Assembly (NCBI GenBank): GCA_964016885.1
Contig: OZ024759.1
Span: forward strand, 27,094,001 to 27,158,000
DNA from: Eledone cirrhosa
Lineage: Eukaryota
Direction of reading: 5' to 3'
DNA length: 64,000 nucleotides
The notes beneath the pieces are model-generated. The model ran no database searches and was not told the DNA's origin. It saw only the letters and a list, made by a program, of their open reading frames with translations. A program made the position numbers and the translations under genes. Below are positions 37,018 through 50,000 of the stretch, in pieces. Numbering within the stretch: the stretch's first letter is position 1; each line of letters begins with the position of its first letter.

Positions 37018-39460
37018 TTACATCTGTATGTGAACTCTTGAAAAAGCAACATACAATTGTCCAGGGTTAAATACTTGCTCAGGGAGGAACAGACCCACTT
37101 TATCATGTATTTGACCATGGTTCTTGTTGATTGTCATGGCATATGACAGTCTTAATGGAAACTGGGGTCTTTCCAAAGTAAAAAGGATGTTGGCACCACT
37201 GGGGGCTAACTTCAGTCTTGGGATCAAAACACACCTGCCCATCAAAGGACCATAGATATGAGAAGCTTTGATAAAATGTTTATGCAGTTCTACTACTTCT
37301 AATCTTGTGCCATTACATAATCTGTTCTGGATTGAAATATTCCATAGAAGCATTAGTATTGATCCTGCTTTTAATTGGAGTTTGTGAGGCGGCATCCCAG
37401 AAGGTGTAAGCAAGTTCATTTAGCTTGAACCAGGCAGCAAGGGTCCCTGCATTTCTACCACAACCTGAGCATTGCCTCTTTGAAAGTAAACTCTGTTTGT
37501 TCTCCAGGTGTGTGGCTAGGCTGTATAATGTATGTGATGTACCATGAAGCTTAAATTCGGAGAGACACGACACTGCTTCTGGCTGAGACACATACCTGCA
37601 ACAAAGATAGGTTCTTATTTCATCATGGTTGTGTTGGTTCTGAGCCTCATTAGGTAATGCATTATTCGTTACTTCTATAGATGTACAATCATGCCCCATG
37701 TAACATATTTAAAGAGGTACTTGACACTTTTTACAGAAGCGCAAACTTCAACATTAATATGTGCACAATATTTCTTAAGCAAAAAGGCATTAAATGGCAC
37801 AACATTCCTGTTATCTACTGAATGTCATCCAATTTACACTGCAGTTCCTGTCTTGCACCTCCTGTACTCTGGGTATCCATTTAGGTTCAATAATGTTTCC
37901 CTTCTGTAGGTTTTTGGATAGTTCTTTTGGAAAAATCCATTTTGTATAAATGGGGGAAAAGGGTTTCCAGAACCACATGGCCCGTGGATCATAAACTTTT
38001 AAACCTGCTCATATAGTACTTGATCATCTTCCAATGCAGGTATTTCTGCTGACACGATTCTGTCAATGTCTTCTCTGTTTCTTATCTTGTCTTCATTTCT
38101 TAAGGCTCAGTGTTATCATCTGTTTAGATAATTCATTAAACCATTATACTCATCCACTCACAATTGGGCTTGATTGTTCCTCAAATATTGAAGCCTGCAT
38201 CCCTCTACTTTCATATAGGCTTCCACTAAATACTGCTAAAATAATTTACCTGCCCTATATATCGCACTAAATCCTCCTCTATATGCTATACTGTATATGT
38301 AATACTCCTGCATTGTCAGTCTATTGCAAACACAGGTCCTGCATTCCTCTCCATGTCACTATGCCACCAAAATTCACCATTATGGGTCGGTCATGAGGTC
38401 CAAGTGGCATGAATTATGTGATATTTTCTGAGGAGGATGGTCTTTAGGAAAGATGATAATATCTCTTTGTACAGGTGGTCTGCCCTCAATCCCCCACAAA
38501 ACAACAGCTATCATTACTAGTTGGTAAATTATAGCAGCTCATATCTGATCCTCTTCTAAATCTTAATTCACAGTTCTGTACACGACAATGTTCTCTTCTT
38601 GCACTTTGCTGTTTGATGCCATGCATTGTATTGTACAATTCACATATGGATTACATTCATGCAACACCTCTCTTATCATAGCCATTTTTTGTGGTGAGCA
38701 CTCATTATTTGTTGGTACTAGGGCGGTGGATTGGCAGTATCGGTAGAGCGTCAGACACCATGCTTTGCAGCATAGGGTTATGGCCCTTTACGTTCTGGGT
38801 TCAAATCCCTCCAAGGTTGACTTTGTTTTCATCCTTATGAGGTCGATAGAATAAAGTACCAGTAATTGCTGGCCTTGTGCCAGAAACAATTATTTGGTCG
38901 TACTTCCAATCTGTGCTACACACCTTCGTTCCCATCAATAATATATAACTGGCCATATTGTGGTGTATTTTCTGCAGGTTACAGAGGTGGGGGTGTAGTG
39001 ATATGTTTGACCGTGAATATGAAAGCTATACGGGCCTCTGCCGGGTGGTAACACCAAATGAAGTGAAATAAATGTAGTTTTAATTGCAGACGTTTCTGTG
39101 AAATCAACTGCTTCCTGGCCTCTTTCAAAGAGATTTCTCAGTCTCTCGGGGTATATTTGCAATGGTGGCAACACAGCCTTTACTTTATTACAACAGTTAT
39201 TTTCATTTCTAAATTTCAAAGCTTCACAGTGATCACACGAAACATTCATATCACTAATATGAAATTCTTCTAGATTTCCATTAATATTAATTGTTGGCCA
39301 ATTTCTCTTATGACGCTCATTATCCATTCTTCTCTGTCTGAATGTTTTCCATTCTAAGTCTATTTGCATGGAATAATTATATTCTGTTGTTTATTATGTA
39401 ATTAAATAGCTCTGTACGATACATAGAGCATTCTTCTTTTCTTTACCTTTTCTATAGAAA
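37018..39460 (-). pseudogene. Most contiguous Helitron RepHel remnant (no satellite insertion)
   Basis: ORFs 38935-39369, 37313-37699 and 37018-37419 (NLLTPSGMPPHKLQLKAG..MLL.N...LCNGTRL..GQLYVAFSRV). Confidence 0.93.
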
Positions 39461-39470
39461 TACAAGAACA

Positions 39471-39517
<47 letters not shown>

Positions 39518-39556
39518 GTGTGTATATACATAAACAAGACTGTTATTACTCCAACC

Positions 39557-42500
39557 AGATGAAACTCTGTCATGTAATGTTATCGACATATCTGCCCTTG
39601 GGGCTAATAATTGTCATGTAATGTTATGGACATCTCTGCCCCTGTGGCTTATAATTCTGTCATGTAATGTTATGGACATCTCTGCCCCTGTGGCTAATAA
39701 TTCTGTCATGTAATGTTATGGACATCTCTGCCCCTGTGGTTAATAATTCTGAGAGAGATAAAACAAGTGAGGGATTAGAGTGTTGAAACAAGAGAGAGAG
39801 AGGAAGAGAGAGAGAGAGCGAGATGAAATGAGACATGGAGAGCGAGATGAAACGCGAGAGTGAGAGAAGCGATATGAAACGAGAGAGTGAGAGCGAGATG
39901 AAACGAGAGAGAGAGAGAGCGAGATGAAACGAGACAGAGAGGAAACGAGAGAGAGAGGAAACGAGAGTAGAGAGCGAGATGAAACAGGAGAGAGAGAGCG
40001 AGATGAAACGAGAGGGAGAGAGAGATGAAACGAGGGAGATAGAGATGAAACGAGAGAGAGGAAGAGAGAGATGGAACGAGAGAGAGGAAGACAGAGATGA
40101 AACGAGAGAGAGAGAGAGATGAAACGAGAGAGAGAGAGCGCGAGATGAAACGAGAGAGAGAGAGCGCGAGATGAAACGACAGAGAGAGAGAGAGATGAAA
40201 GGAGGGAGATAGAGATGAAACGAGAGAGAGGAAGAGAGAGATGGAACGAGCGAGAGGAAGAGAGAGATGGAACGAGAGAGAGGAAGACAGAGATGAAACG
40301 AGAGAGAGCGAGATGAAACGAGAGAGAGAGAGAGCGAGATGAAACGAGAGAGAGGAAGAGAGAGAGCGCCAGATGAAACTCTGTCATGTATTGTTATGGA
40401 CATATCTGCCCTTGGGGCTAATAATTGTCATGTAATGTTATGGACATCTCTGCCCCTGTGGCTAATAATTCTGTCATGTAATGTTATGGACATCTCGGCC
40501 CCTGTGGCTAATAATTCTGACATGTAATGTTATGGACATCTCTGCCCCTGTGGCTAATAATTCTGACATGTAATGTTATGGACATCTCTGCCCCTGTGGC
40601 TAATAATTCTGTCATGTAATGTTATGGACATCTCTGCCCCTGTGGCTAATAATTCTGCCATGTAATGTTATGGACATCTCTGCCCCTGTGGCTAATAATT
40701 CTGCCATGTAATGTTATGGACATCTCTGCCCCTGTGGCTAATAATTCTGACATGTAATGTTATGGACATCTCTGCCCTGTGGCTAATAATTCTGACATGT
40801 AATGTTATGGACATCTCTGCCCCTGTGGCTAATAATTCTGAGAGAGATGAAACAAGTGAGGGATTAGAGAGAGATAAAACAAGTGAGGGATTAGAGTGTT
40901 GAAACAAGAGAGAGAGAGGAAGAGAGAGAGAGAGCGAGATGAAATGAGACAGGGAGAGCGAGATGAAACACGAGAGTGAGAGAAGCGAGATGAAACGAGA
41001 GAGTGAGAGCGAGATGAAACGAGAGAGAGAGAGAGCGAGATGAAACGAGACAGAGAGAGCGAGATGTAATGAGAGAGAGAGAGAGCGGGATGGAACGAGA
41101 CAGAGAGGAAACGAGAGAGAGGAAACGAGAGTAGAGAGCGAGATGAAACGAGAGGGAGAGAGAGATGAAACGAGAGAGAGCAAGAGAGAGATGGAACGAG
41201 AGAGAGGAAGACAGAGATGAAACGAGAGAGAGAGAGAGCGAGATGAAACTCTGTCATGTAATGTTATGGACATATCTGCCCTTGGGGCTAATAATTGTCA
41301 TGTAATGTTATGGACATCTCTGCCCCTGTGGCTAATAATTCTGTCATGTAATGTTATGGACATCTCTGCCCCTGTGGCTAATAATTTTGTCATGTAATGT
41401 TATGGACATCTCTGCCCCTGTGGCTAATAATTCTGACATGTAATGTTATGGACATCTCTGCCCTGTGGCTAATAATTCTGACATGTAATGTTATGGACAT
41501 CTCTGCCCCTGTGGCTAATAATTCTAAGAGAGATGAAACAAGTGAGGGATTAGAGAGAGATAAAAAAGTGAGGGATTAGAGTGTTGAAACAAGAGAGAGA
41601 GAGGAAGAGAGAGAGAGAGAGCGAGATGAAATGAGACAGGGAGAGCGAGATGAAACGAGACAGAGAGGAAACGAGAGAGAGGAGACGAGAGTAGAGAGCG
41701 AGATGAAACAGAAGAGAGAGAGCGAGATGAAACGAGAGGGAGAGAGAGATGAAACGAGTGAGCGAGAGAGAGATGAAACGAGGGAGATAGAGATGAAACG
41801 AGAGAGAGGAAGAGAGAGATGGAACGAGAGAGAGGAAGAGAGAGAGGAAGACAGAGATGAAACGAGAGAGAGAGAGAGCGAGATGAAATGAGAGAGAGAG
41901 AGCGCGAGATGAAACGAGAGAGAGAGAGAGCGCGAGATGAAACGACAGAGAGAGAGACAGATGAAAGGAGGGAGATAAAGATGAAACGAGAGAGAGGAAG
42001 AGAGAGATGGAACGAGAGAGAGGAAGAGAGAGAGGAAGACAGAGATGAAACGAGAGAGAGAGAGAGCGAGAGGAAACGAGAGAGAGAGAGCGCAAGATGA
42101 AACGAGAGAGAGAGAGCGCGAGATGAAACTCTGTCATGTAATGTTATTGACATATCTGCCTCTGTGGCTAATAATTGTCATGTAATGTTATGGTCATCTC
42201 TGCCCCTGTGGCTAATAATTCTGTCATGTAATGTTATGGACATCTCTGCCCCTGTGGTTAATAATTCTGACATGTAATGTTATGGTCATCTCTGCGCCTG
42301 TGGCTAATAATTCTGAGAGAGATGAAACAAGTGAGGGATTAGAGTGTTGAAACAAGAGAGAGAGAGCGAGATGAAATGAGAGAGTGTGAGCGAGATGAAA
42401 CGAGACAGGGAGAGCGAGATGAAACGAGAGAGTGAGAGCGAGATGAAACGAGAGAGTGAGAGCGAGATGAAACGAGAGAGAGAGAGCGAGATGAAATGAG

Positions 42501-45500
42501 AGAGAGAGAGCGAGATGAAATGAGAGAGAGAGAGCGAGATGAAACGAGACAGAGAGAGAACGAGATGAAACGAGAGAGTGAGAGCGAGATGAAACGAGAG
42601 AGAGAGAGCGAGATGAAACGGGAGGGAGAGAGAGATGAAACGAGAGAGAGTGGAAACGAGAGTAGAGAGCGAGATGAAACAGGAGAGAGAGAGAGCGAGA
42701 TGAAACAGGAGAGAGAGAGCGAGATGAAACGAGAGGGAGAGAGAGATGAAACGAGAGAGCGAGAGAGAGATGAAACGAGGGAGATAGAGATGAAACGAGA
42801 GAGAGGAAGAGAGAGATGGAACGAGAGAGAGGAAGATAGAGATGGAACGAGAGAGAGGAAGACAGAGATGAAACGAGAGAGAGAGAGAGCGAGATGAAAC
42901 AGGAGAGAGAGAGCGAGATGAAACGAGAGGGAGAGAGAGATGAAACGAGAGAGCGAGAGAGAGATGAAACAAGGGAGATAGAGATGAAACGAGAGAGAGG
43001 AAGAGAGAGATGGAACGAGAGAGAGGAAGAGAGAGATGGAACGAGAGAGAGGAAGACAGAGATGAAACGAGAGAGCGAGATGAAACGAGAGAGAGAGAGA
43101 GCGAGAAGAAACGAGAGAGAGGAAGAGAGAGAGCGCCAGATGAAACTCTGTCATGTAATGTTATGGACATATCTGCCCTTGGGGCTAATAATTGTCATGT
43201 AATGTTATGGACATCTCTGCCCCTGTGGCTAATAATTCTGAGAGAGATGAAACAAGTGAGGGATTAGAGAGAGATAAAACAAGTGAGGGATTAGAGTGTT
43301 AAAACAAGAGAGAGAGAGAGCGAGATGAAACGCGATAGTGAGAGAAGCGAGATGAAACGAGAGAGTGAGAGCGAGATGAAACGAGAGAGAGAGAGAGCGA
43401 GATGAAACGAGACAGAGAGAGCGAGATGTAATGAGAGAGAGAGCGAGCGGGATGGAACGAGACAGAGAGCAAACGAGAGTAGAGAGCGAGATGAAACGAG
43501 AGGGAGAGAGAGATGAAACGAGAGAGCGAGAGAGAGATGAAACGAGGGAGATAGAGATGAAATGAGAGAGAGGAAGAGAGAGATGGAACGAGAGAGAGGA
43601 AGACAGAGATGAAACGAGAGAGAGAGAGAGCGAGATGAAACGAGACAGAGAGAGCGCGAGATGAAACGAGAGAGAGAGAGCACGAGATGAAACGACAGAG
43701 AGAGAGACAGATGAAAGGAGGGAGATAGAGATAAAACGAGAGAGAGGATGAGAGAGATGGAACGAGAGAGAGGAAGAGAGAGATGGAACGAGAGAGAGGA
43801 AGACAGAGATGAAACGAGAGAGAGAGAGAGCAAGATGAAACGAGAGAGAGAGAGCGCGAGATGAAACTCTATCATGTAATGTTATTGATATATCTGCCCC
43901 TGTGGCTAATAATTGTCATGTAATGTTATGGTCATCTCTGCCCCTGTGGCTAATAATTCTGTCATGTAATGTTATGGACGTCTCCGCCCCTGTGGCTAAT
44001 AACTCTGACATGTAATGTTATGGACATCTCTGCCCTGTGGCTAATAATTCTGACATGTAATGTTATGGACATCTCTGCCCCTGTGGCTAATAATTCTGAG
44101 AGAGATGAAACAAGTGAGGGATTAGAGAGAGATAAAACAAGTGAGGGATTAGAGTGTTGAAACAGGAGAGAGAGAGCGAGATGAAACGCGATAGTGAGAG
44201 AGGCGAGATGAAACGAGAGAGTGAGAGCGAGATGAAACGGGACAGAGAGAGCGAGATGTAATGAGAGAGAGAGAGAGCGGGATGGAACGAGACAGAGAGG
44301 AAACGAGAGTAGAGAGCGAGATGAAACGAGAGGGAGAGAGAGATGAAACGAGAGAGCGAGAGAGAGATGAAACGAGGGAGATAGAGATGAAACGAGAGAG
44401 AGGAAGAGAGAGATGGAACGAGAGAGAGGAAGACAGAGATGAAACGAGAGAGAGAGAGAGCGAGATGAAACGAGAGAGAGAGAGCGCAAGATGAAACGAG
44501 AGAGAGAGAGCGCGAGATGAAACGACAGAGAGAGAGACAGATGAAAGGAGGGAGATAGAGATGAAACGAGAGAGAGGAAGAGAGAGATGGAACGAGAGAG
44601 AGGAAGACAGAGATGAAACGAGAGAGAGAGCGAGATGAAACGAGAGAGAGGAAGAGAGAGAGCGCGAGATGAAACTCTCTCATGTAATGTTATCGACATA
44701 TCTGCCCTTGGGGCTAATAATTGTCATGTAATGTTATGGACATCTCTGCCCCTATGGCTAATAATTCTGTCATGTAATGTTATGGACATCTCTGCCCCTG
44801 TGGCTAATAATTCTGTCATGTAATGTTATGGACATCTCTGCCCCTGTGGCTAATAATTCTGACATGTAATGTTATGGACATCTCTGCCCCTGTGGCTAAT
44901 AATTCTGCCATGTAATGTTATGGACATCTCTGCCCTGTGGCTAATAATTCTGACATGTAATGTTATGGACATCTCTGCCCCTGTGGCGAATAATTCTGAG
45001 AGAGATGAACCAAGTGAGGGATTAGAGAGAGATAAAACAAGTGAGGGATTAGAGTGTTGAAACAAGAGAGAGAGAGGAAGAGAGAGAGAGAGCGAGATGA
45101 AACAAGAGAGTGAGAGAAGCGAGATGAAACGAGAGAGTGAGAGCGAGATCAAACGAGAAAGAGAGACAGCGAGATGAAACGAGACAGAGAGGAAACGAGA
45201 GAGAGAGGAAATGAGAGAGAGGAAACGAGAGTAGAGAGCGAGATGAAACAGGAGAGAGAGAGCGAGAAGAAACGAGCGGGAGAGAGAGATGAAACGAGAG
45301 AGCGAGAGAGAGATGAAACGAGGGAGATAGAGATGAAACGAGAGAGAGGAAGAGAGAGATAGAACGAGAGAGAGGAAGACAGAGATGAAACGAGAGAGAG
45401 AGAGAGCGAGATAAGACGAGACAGAGAGAGCGCGAGATGAAACGAGAGAGAGAGAGCGCGAGATGAAACGACAGAGAGAGAGACAGATGAAAAGAGGGAG

Positions 45501-47052
45501 ATAGAGATGAAACGAGAGAGAGGATGAGAGAGATGGAACGAGAGAGAGGAAGAGAGAGATGGAACGAGAGAGAGGAAGACAGAGATGAAACGAGAGAGAG
45601 AGCAAGATGAAACGAGAGAGAGAGAGCGCAAGATGAAACGAGAGAGAGAGAGCGCGAGATGAAACTCTGTCATGTAATGTTATTGACATATCTGTCCCTG
45701 TGGCTAATAATTGTCATGTAATGTTATGGTCATCTCTGCCCCTGTGGCTAATAATTCTGTCATGTAATGTTATGGACATCTCTGCCCTTGTGGCTAATAA
45801 TTCTGAGATATATTAAACAAGTGAGGGATTAGAGTGTTGAAACAAGAGAGAGAGAGCGAGAAGAAATGAGAGAGTGAGAGCGGGATGAAATGAGAGAGAG
45901 AGAGCGAGATGAAACGGGAGGGAGAGAGAGATGAAACGAGAGAGAGAGGAAACGAGAGTAGAGAGCGAGATGAAACAAGAGAGAGAGAGAGCGAGATGAA
46001 ACAGGAGAGAGAGAGCGAGATGAAACGAGAGGGAGAGAGAGATGAAACGAGAGAGCGAGAGAGAGATGAAACAAGGGAGATAGAGATGAAACGAGAGAGA
46101 GGAAGAGAGAGATGGAACGAGAGAGAGGAAGAGAGAGATGGCACGAGAGAGAGGAAGACAGAGATGAAACGAGAGAGAGAGAGCGAGATGAAACGAGAGA
46201 GAGAGAGCGCGACATGAAACGAGAGAGAGAGAGCGCTAGATGAAACGACAGAGAGCGAGACAGATGAAAGAAGGGAGATAGAGATGAAACGAGAGAGAGG
46301 AAGAGAGAGATGGAACGAGAGAGAGGAAGACAGAGATGAAACGAGAGAGAGAGAGAGCAAGATGAAACGAGAGAGAGAGAGAGCGCAAGATGAAACGAGA
46401 GAGAGGAAGAGAGGGATGGAACGAGAGAGAGGAAGAGAGAGATGGCACGAGAGAGAGGAAGACAGAGATGAAACGAGAGAGAGAGAGCGAGATGAAACGA
46501 GAGAGAGAGAGCGCAAGATGAAACGAGAGAGAGAGAGCGCGAGATGAAACGACAGAGAGAGAGACAGATGAAAGAACGGAGATAGAGATGAAACGAGAGA
46601 GAGGAAGAAAGAGATGGAACGAGAGAGAGGAAGAGAGAGATGGAACGAGAGAGAGGAAGACAGAGATGAAACGAGAGAGAGAGAGAGCGAGATGAAACGA
46701 GAGAGAGGAAGACAGAGATGAATCGAGAGAGAGGGAGAGCGAGATGAAACGAGAGAGAGAGCGCGCAAGATGAAACTCTGTCATGTAATGTTATTGACAT
46801 ATCTGCCCCTGTGGCTAATAATTGTCATGTAATGTTATGGTCATCTCTGCCCCTGTGGCTAATAATTCTGTCATGTAATGTTATGGACATCTCTGCCCCT
46901 GTGGCTAATAATTCTGACATGTAATGTTATGGACATCTCTGCCCTTGTGGCTAATAAATCTGACATGTAATGTTATGGAAATCTCTGCCCCTGTGGCTAA
47001 TAATTCTGTCATGTAATGTTATGGAAATCTCTGCCCCTATGGCTAATAAATC
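39557..47052 (+). repeat. Composite satellite forward arm, copy 2
   Basis: Colinear with 421-7942. Confidence 0.97.
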
Positions 47053-50000
47053 AGAATTATTAGCCACAGGGGCAGAGATGTCCATAACATTACATGTCAG
47101 AATTATTAGCCACAGGGGCAGAGATGTCCATAACATTACATGACAGATTTATTAGCCACAGGGGCAGAGATGTCCATAACATTACATGTCAGATTTATTA
47201 GCCACAGGGGCAGAGATGTCCATAACATTACATGTCAAAATTATTAGCCACAGGGGCAGAGATGTCCATAACATTACATGACAGATTTATTAGCCACAGG
47301 GGCAGAGATGTCCATAACATTACATGACAGAATTATTAGCCACAGGGGCAGAGATGTCCATAACATTACATGACAGAATTATTAGCCACAGGGGCAGAGA
47401 TTTCCATAACATTACATGACAATTATTAGCCCCAAGGGCAGATATGTCCATAACATTACATGACAGACTTTCATCTCGCGCTCTCTCTCTCTCGTTTCAT
47501 CTCACGCTCTCTCTCTTCCTCTCTCTCGTTTCATCTCGCGTTCTCTCTCTTCCTCTCTCTCGTTTCATCTCGCTCTCTCTCTCGTTTCATCTCTGTCTTC
47601 CTCTCTCTCGTTCCATCTCTCTCTTCCTCTCTCTCGTTCCATCTCTCTCTTCCTCTCTCTCGTTTCATCTCTCTCTCTCGTTTCATCTCTATCTCCCTCG
47701 TTTCATCTGTCTCTCTCTCTGTCGTTTCATCTCCCTCTATCTCTCTCTCGCTCTCTCGTTTCATCTCTCTCTCCCTCTCGTTTCATCTCGCTCTCTCTCT
47801 CCTGTTTCATCTCGCTCTCTCTCTCCTGTTTCATCTCGCTCTCTACTCTCGTTTCCTCTCTCTCGTATCCTCTCTCTCGTTTCCTCTCTCTCTCGTTTCC
47901 TCTCTCTCTCGTTTCCTCTAGCTCTCACTCTCTCGTTTCATCTCGCTCTCTCTCTCTCATTTCATCTCGCTCTCTCTCTCTCTCGTTTCATCTCGCTCTA
48001 ACCTGTCTCGTTTCATTTCGCTCTCTCTCTCTCTCTCGTTTCATTTCGCTCTCTCTGTCTCATTTCATCTCGCTCTCTCTCTCTCATTTCAACTCGCTCT
48101 CTCTCTCTCATTTCATCTCGCTCTCTCTCTCTCGTTTCATATCGCTCTCACTCTCTCATTTCATCTCGCTCTCTCTCTCTCGTTTGATCTCGCTCTCACT
48201 CTCTCTTCCTCTCTCTCTCTTGTTTCAACACTCTAATCCCTCACTTGTTTCATCTCTCTCTTATCCCTCACTTGTTTCATCTCTCTCAGAATTATTAGCC
48301 ACAGGGGCAGAGATATCCATAACATTACATGTCAGAATTATTAGCCACAGGGGCAGAGATGTCCATAACATTACATGACAGATTTATTAGCCACAGGGGC
48401 GGAGATGTCCATAACATTACATGACGAATTTATTAGCCACAGGGGCAGAGATGTCCATAACATTACATGACAGAATTATTAGCCACAGGGGCAGAGATGT
48501 CCATAACATTACATGACAGAATTATTTGCCACAGGGGCAGAGATGTACATAACATTACATGACAATTATTAGCCCCAAGGGCAGATATGTCCATAACATT
48601 ACATGACAATTATTAGCCCCAAGGGCAGATATGTCCATAACATTACATGACAGACTTTCATCTCGCGCTCTCTCTCTTCCTCTCTCTCGTTTCATCTCGC
48701 TCTCTCTCTCTCGTTTCATCTCGCTCTCTCTCTCTCTCGTTTCATCTCGCGCTCTCTCTCTTCCTCTCTCTCGTTTCATCTCGCTCTCTCTCTCGTTTCA
48801 TATCTGTCTTCCTCTCTCTCGTTCCATCTCTCTATTCCTCTCTCTCTCGTTTCATCTAGCTATCACTCTCCCGTTTCATCTCCCTCTATCTCTCTCTCGC
48901 TCTCTCGTTTCATCTCTCCCTCCCTCTCATTTCATCTCGCTCTCTCTCTCCGGTTTCATCTCGCTCTCTCTCTCTCCTGTTTCATCTTGCTCTCTACTCT
49001 CGTTTCCTCTCTCTCGTTTCCTCTCTCTCGTTTCCTCTATCTCTCGTTTCCTCTCTCTCTCGTTTCATCTAGCTCTCACTCTCTCGTTTCATCTCGCTCT
49101 CTCTGACTCGTTCCATCTCGCTCTCACTCTCTCGTTTCATCTCGCTCTCTCTCTCTCATTTCATCTCGCTCTCTCTCTCTCATTTCATCTCGATCTCTCT
49201 GTCTCGTTTCATCCCGCTCTCTCTGTCTCGTTTCATCTCGCTCTCTCTCTCTCATTTCATCTCGCTCTCTCTCTCTCATTTCATCTCGCTCTCTCTCTCT
49301 CTCTCGTTTCATCTCACTCTCAATCTCTCATTTCATCTCGCTCTCTCTCTCTCATTTCATCTCGCGCTCTCTCTCTTCCTCTCTCTCGTTTCATCTCGCT
49401 CTCTCTCTCTTCCTCTCTCTCGTTTCATCTCGCTCTCTCTCTCTCGTTTCATCTTGCGCTCTCTCTCTTCCTCTCTCTCGTTTCATCTCGCGCTCTCTCT
49501 CTTCCTCTCTCTCGTTTCATCTTGCTCTCTCCCTCTCTCGTTTCATCTCGCGTTCTCTCTCTTCCTCTCTCCCGTTTCATCTCTGTCTTCCTCTCTCTCG
49601 TTCCATCTCTCTCTTCCTCTCTCTCGTTCCATCTCTCTCTTCCTCTCTCTCGTTTCATCTCTCTCTCTCGTTTCATCTCTATCTCCCTCGTTTCATCTGT
49701 CTCTCTCTCTGTCGTTTCATCTCCCTCTATCTCTCTCTCGCTCTCTCGTTTCATCTCTCTCTCCCTCTCGTTTCATCTCGCTCTCTCTCTCCTGTTTCAT
49801 CTCGCTCTCTCTCTCCTGTTTCATCTCGCTCTCTACTCTCGTTTCCTCTCTCTCGTATCCTCTCTCTCGTTTCCTCTCTCTCTCGTTTCCTCTCTCTCTC
49901 GTTTCCTCTAGCTCTCACTCTCTCGTTTCATCTCGCTCTCTCTCTCTCATTTCATCTCGCTCTCTCTCTCTCGTTTCATCTCGCTCTAATCTGTCTCGTT

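Larger units (their letters stand above)
1..39138. repeat. ~39.1-kb tandem segmental repeat, copy 1
   Basis: Base 1 (cagtctctcggggtatatttgc) recurs at 39139. All downstream features and ORFs recur at offsets of ~38980-39200 (e.g. 7841/46951, 17501/56670, 23630/62661). Confidence 0.97.
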
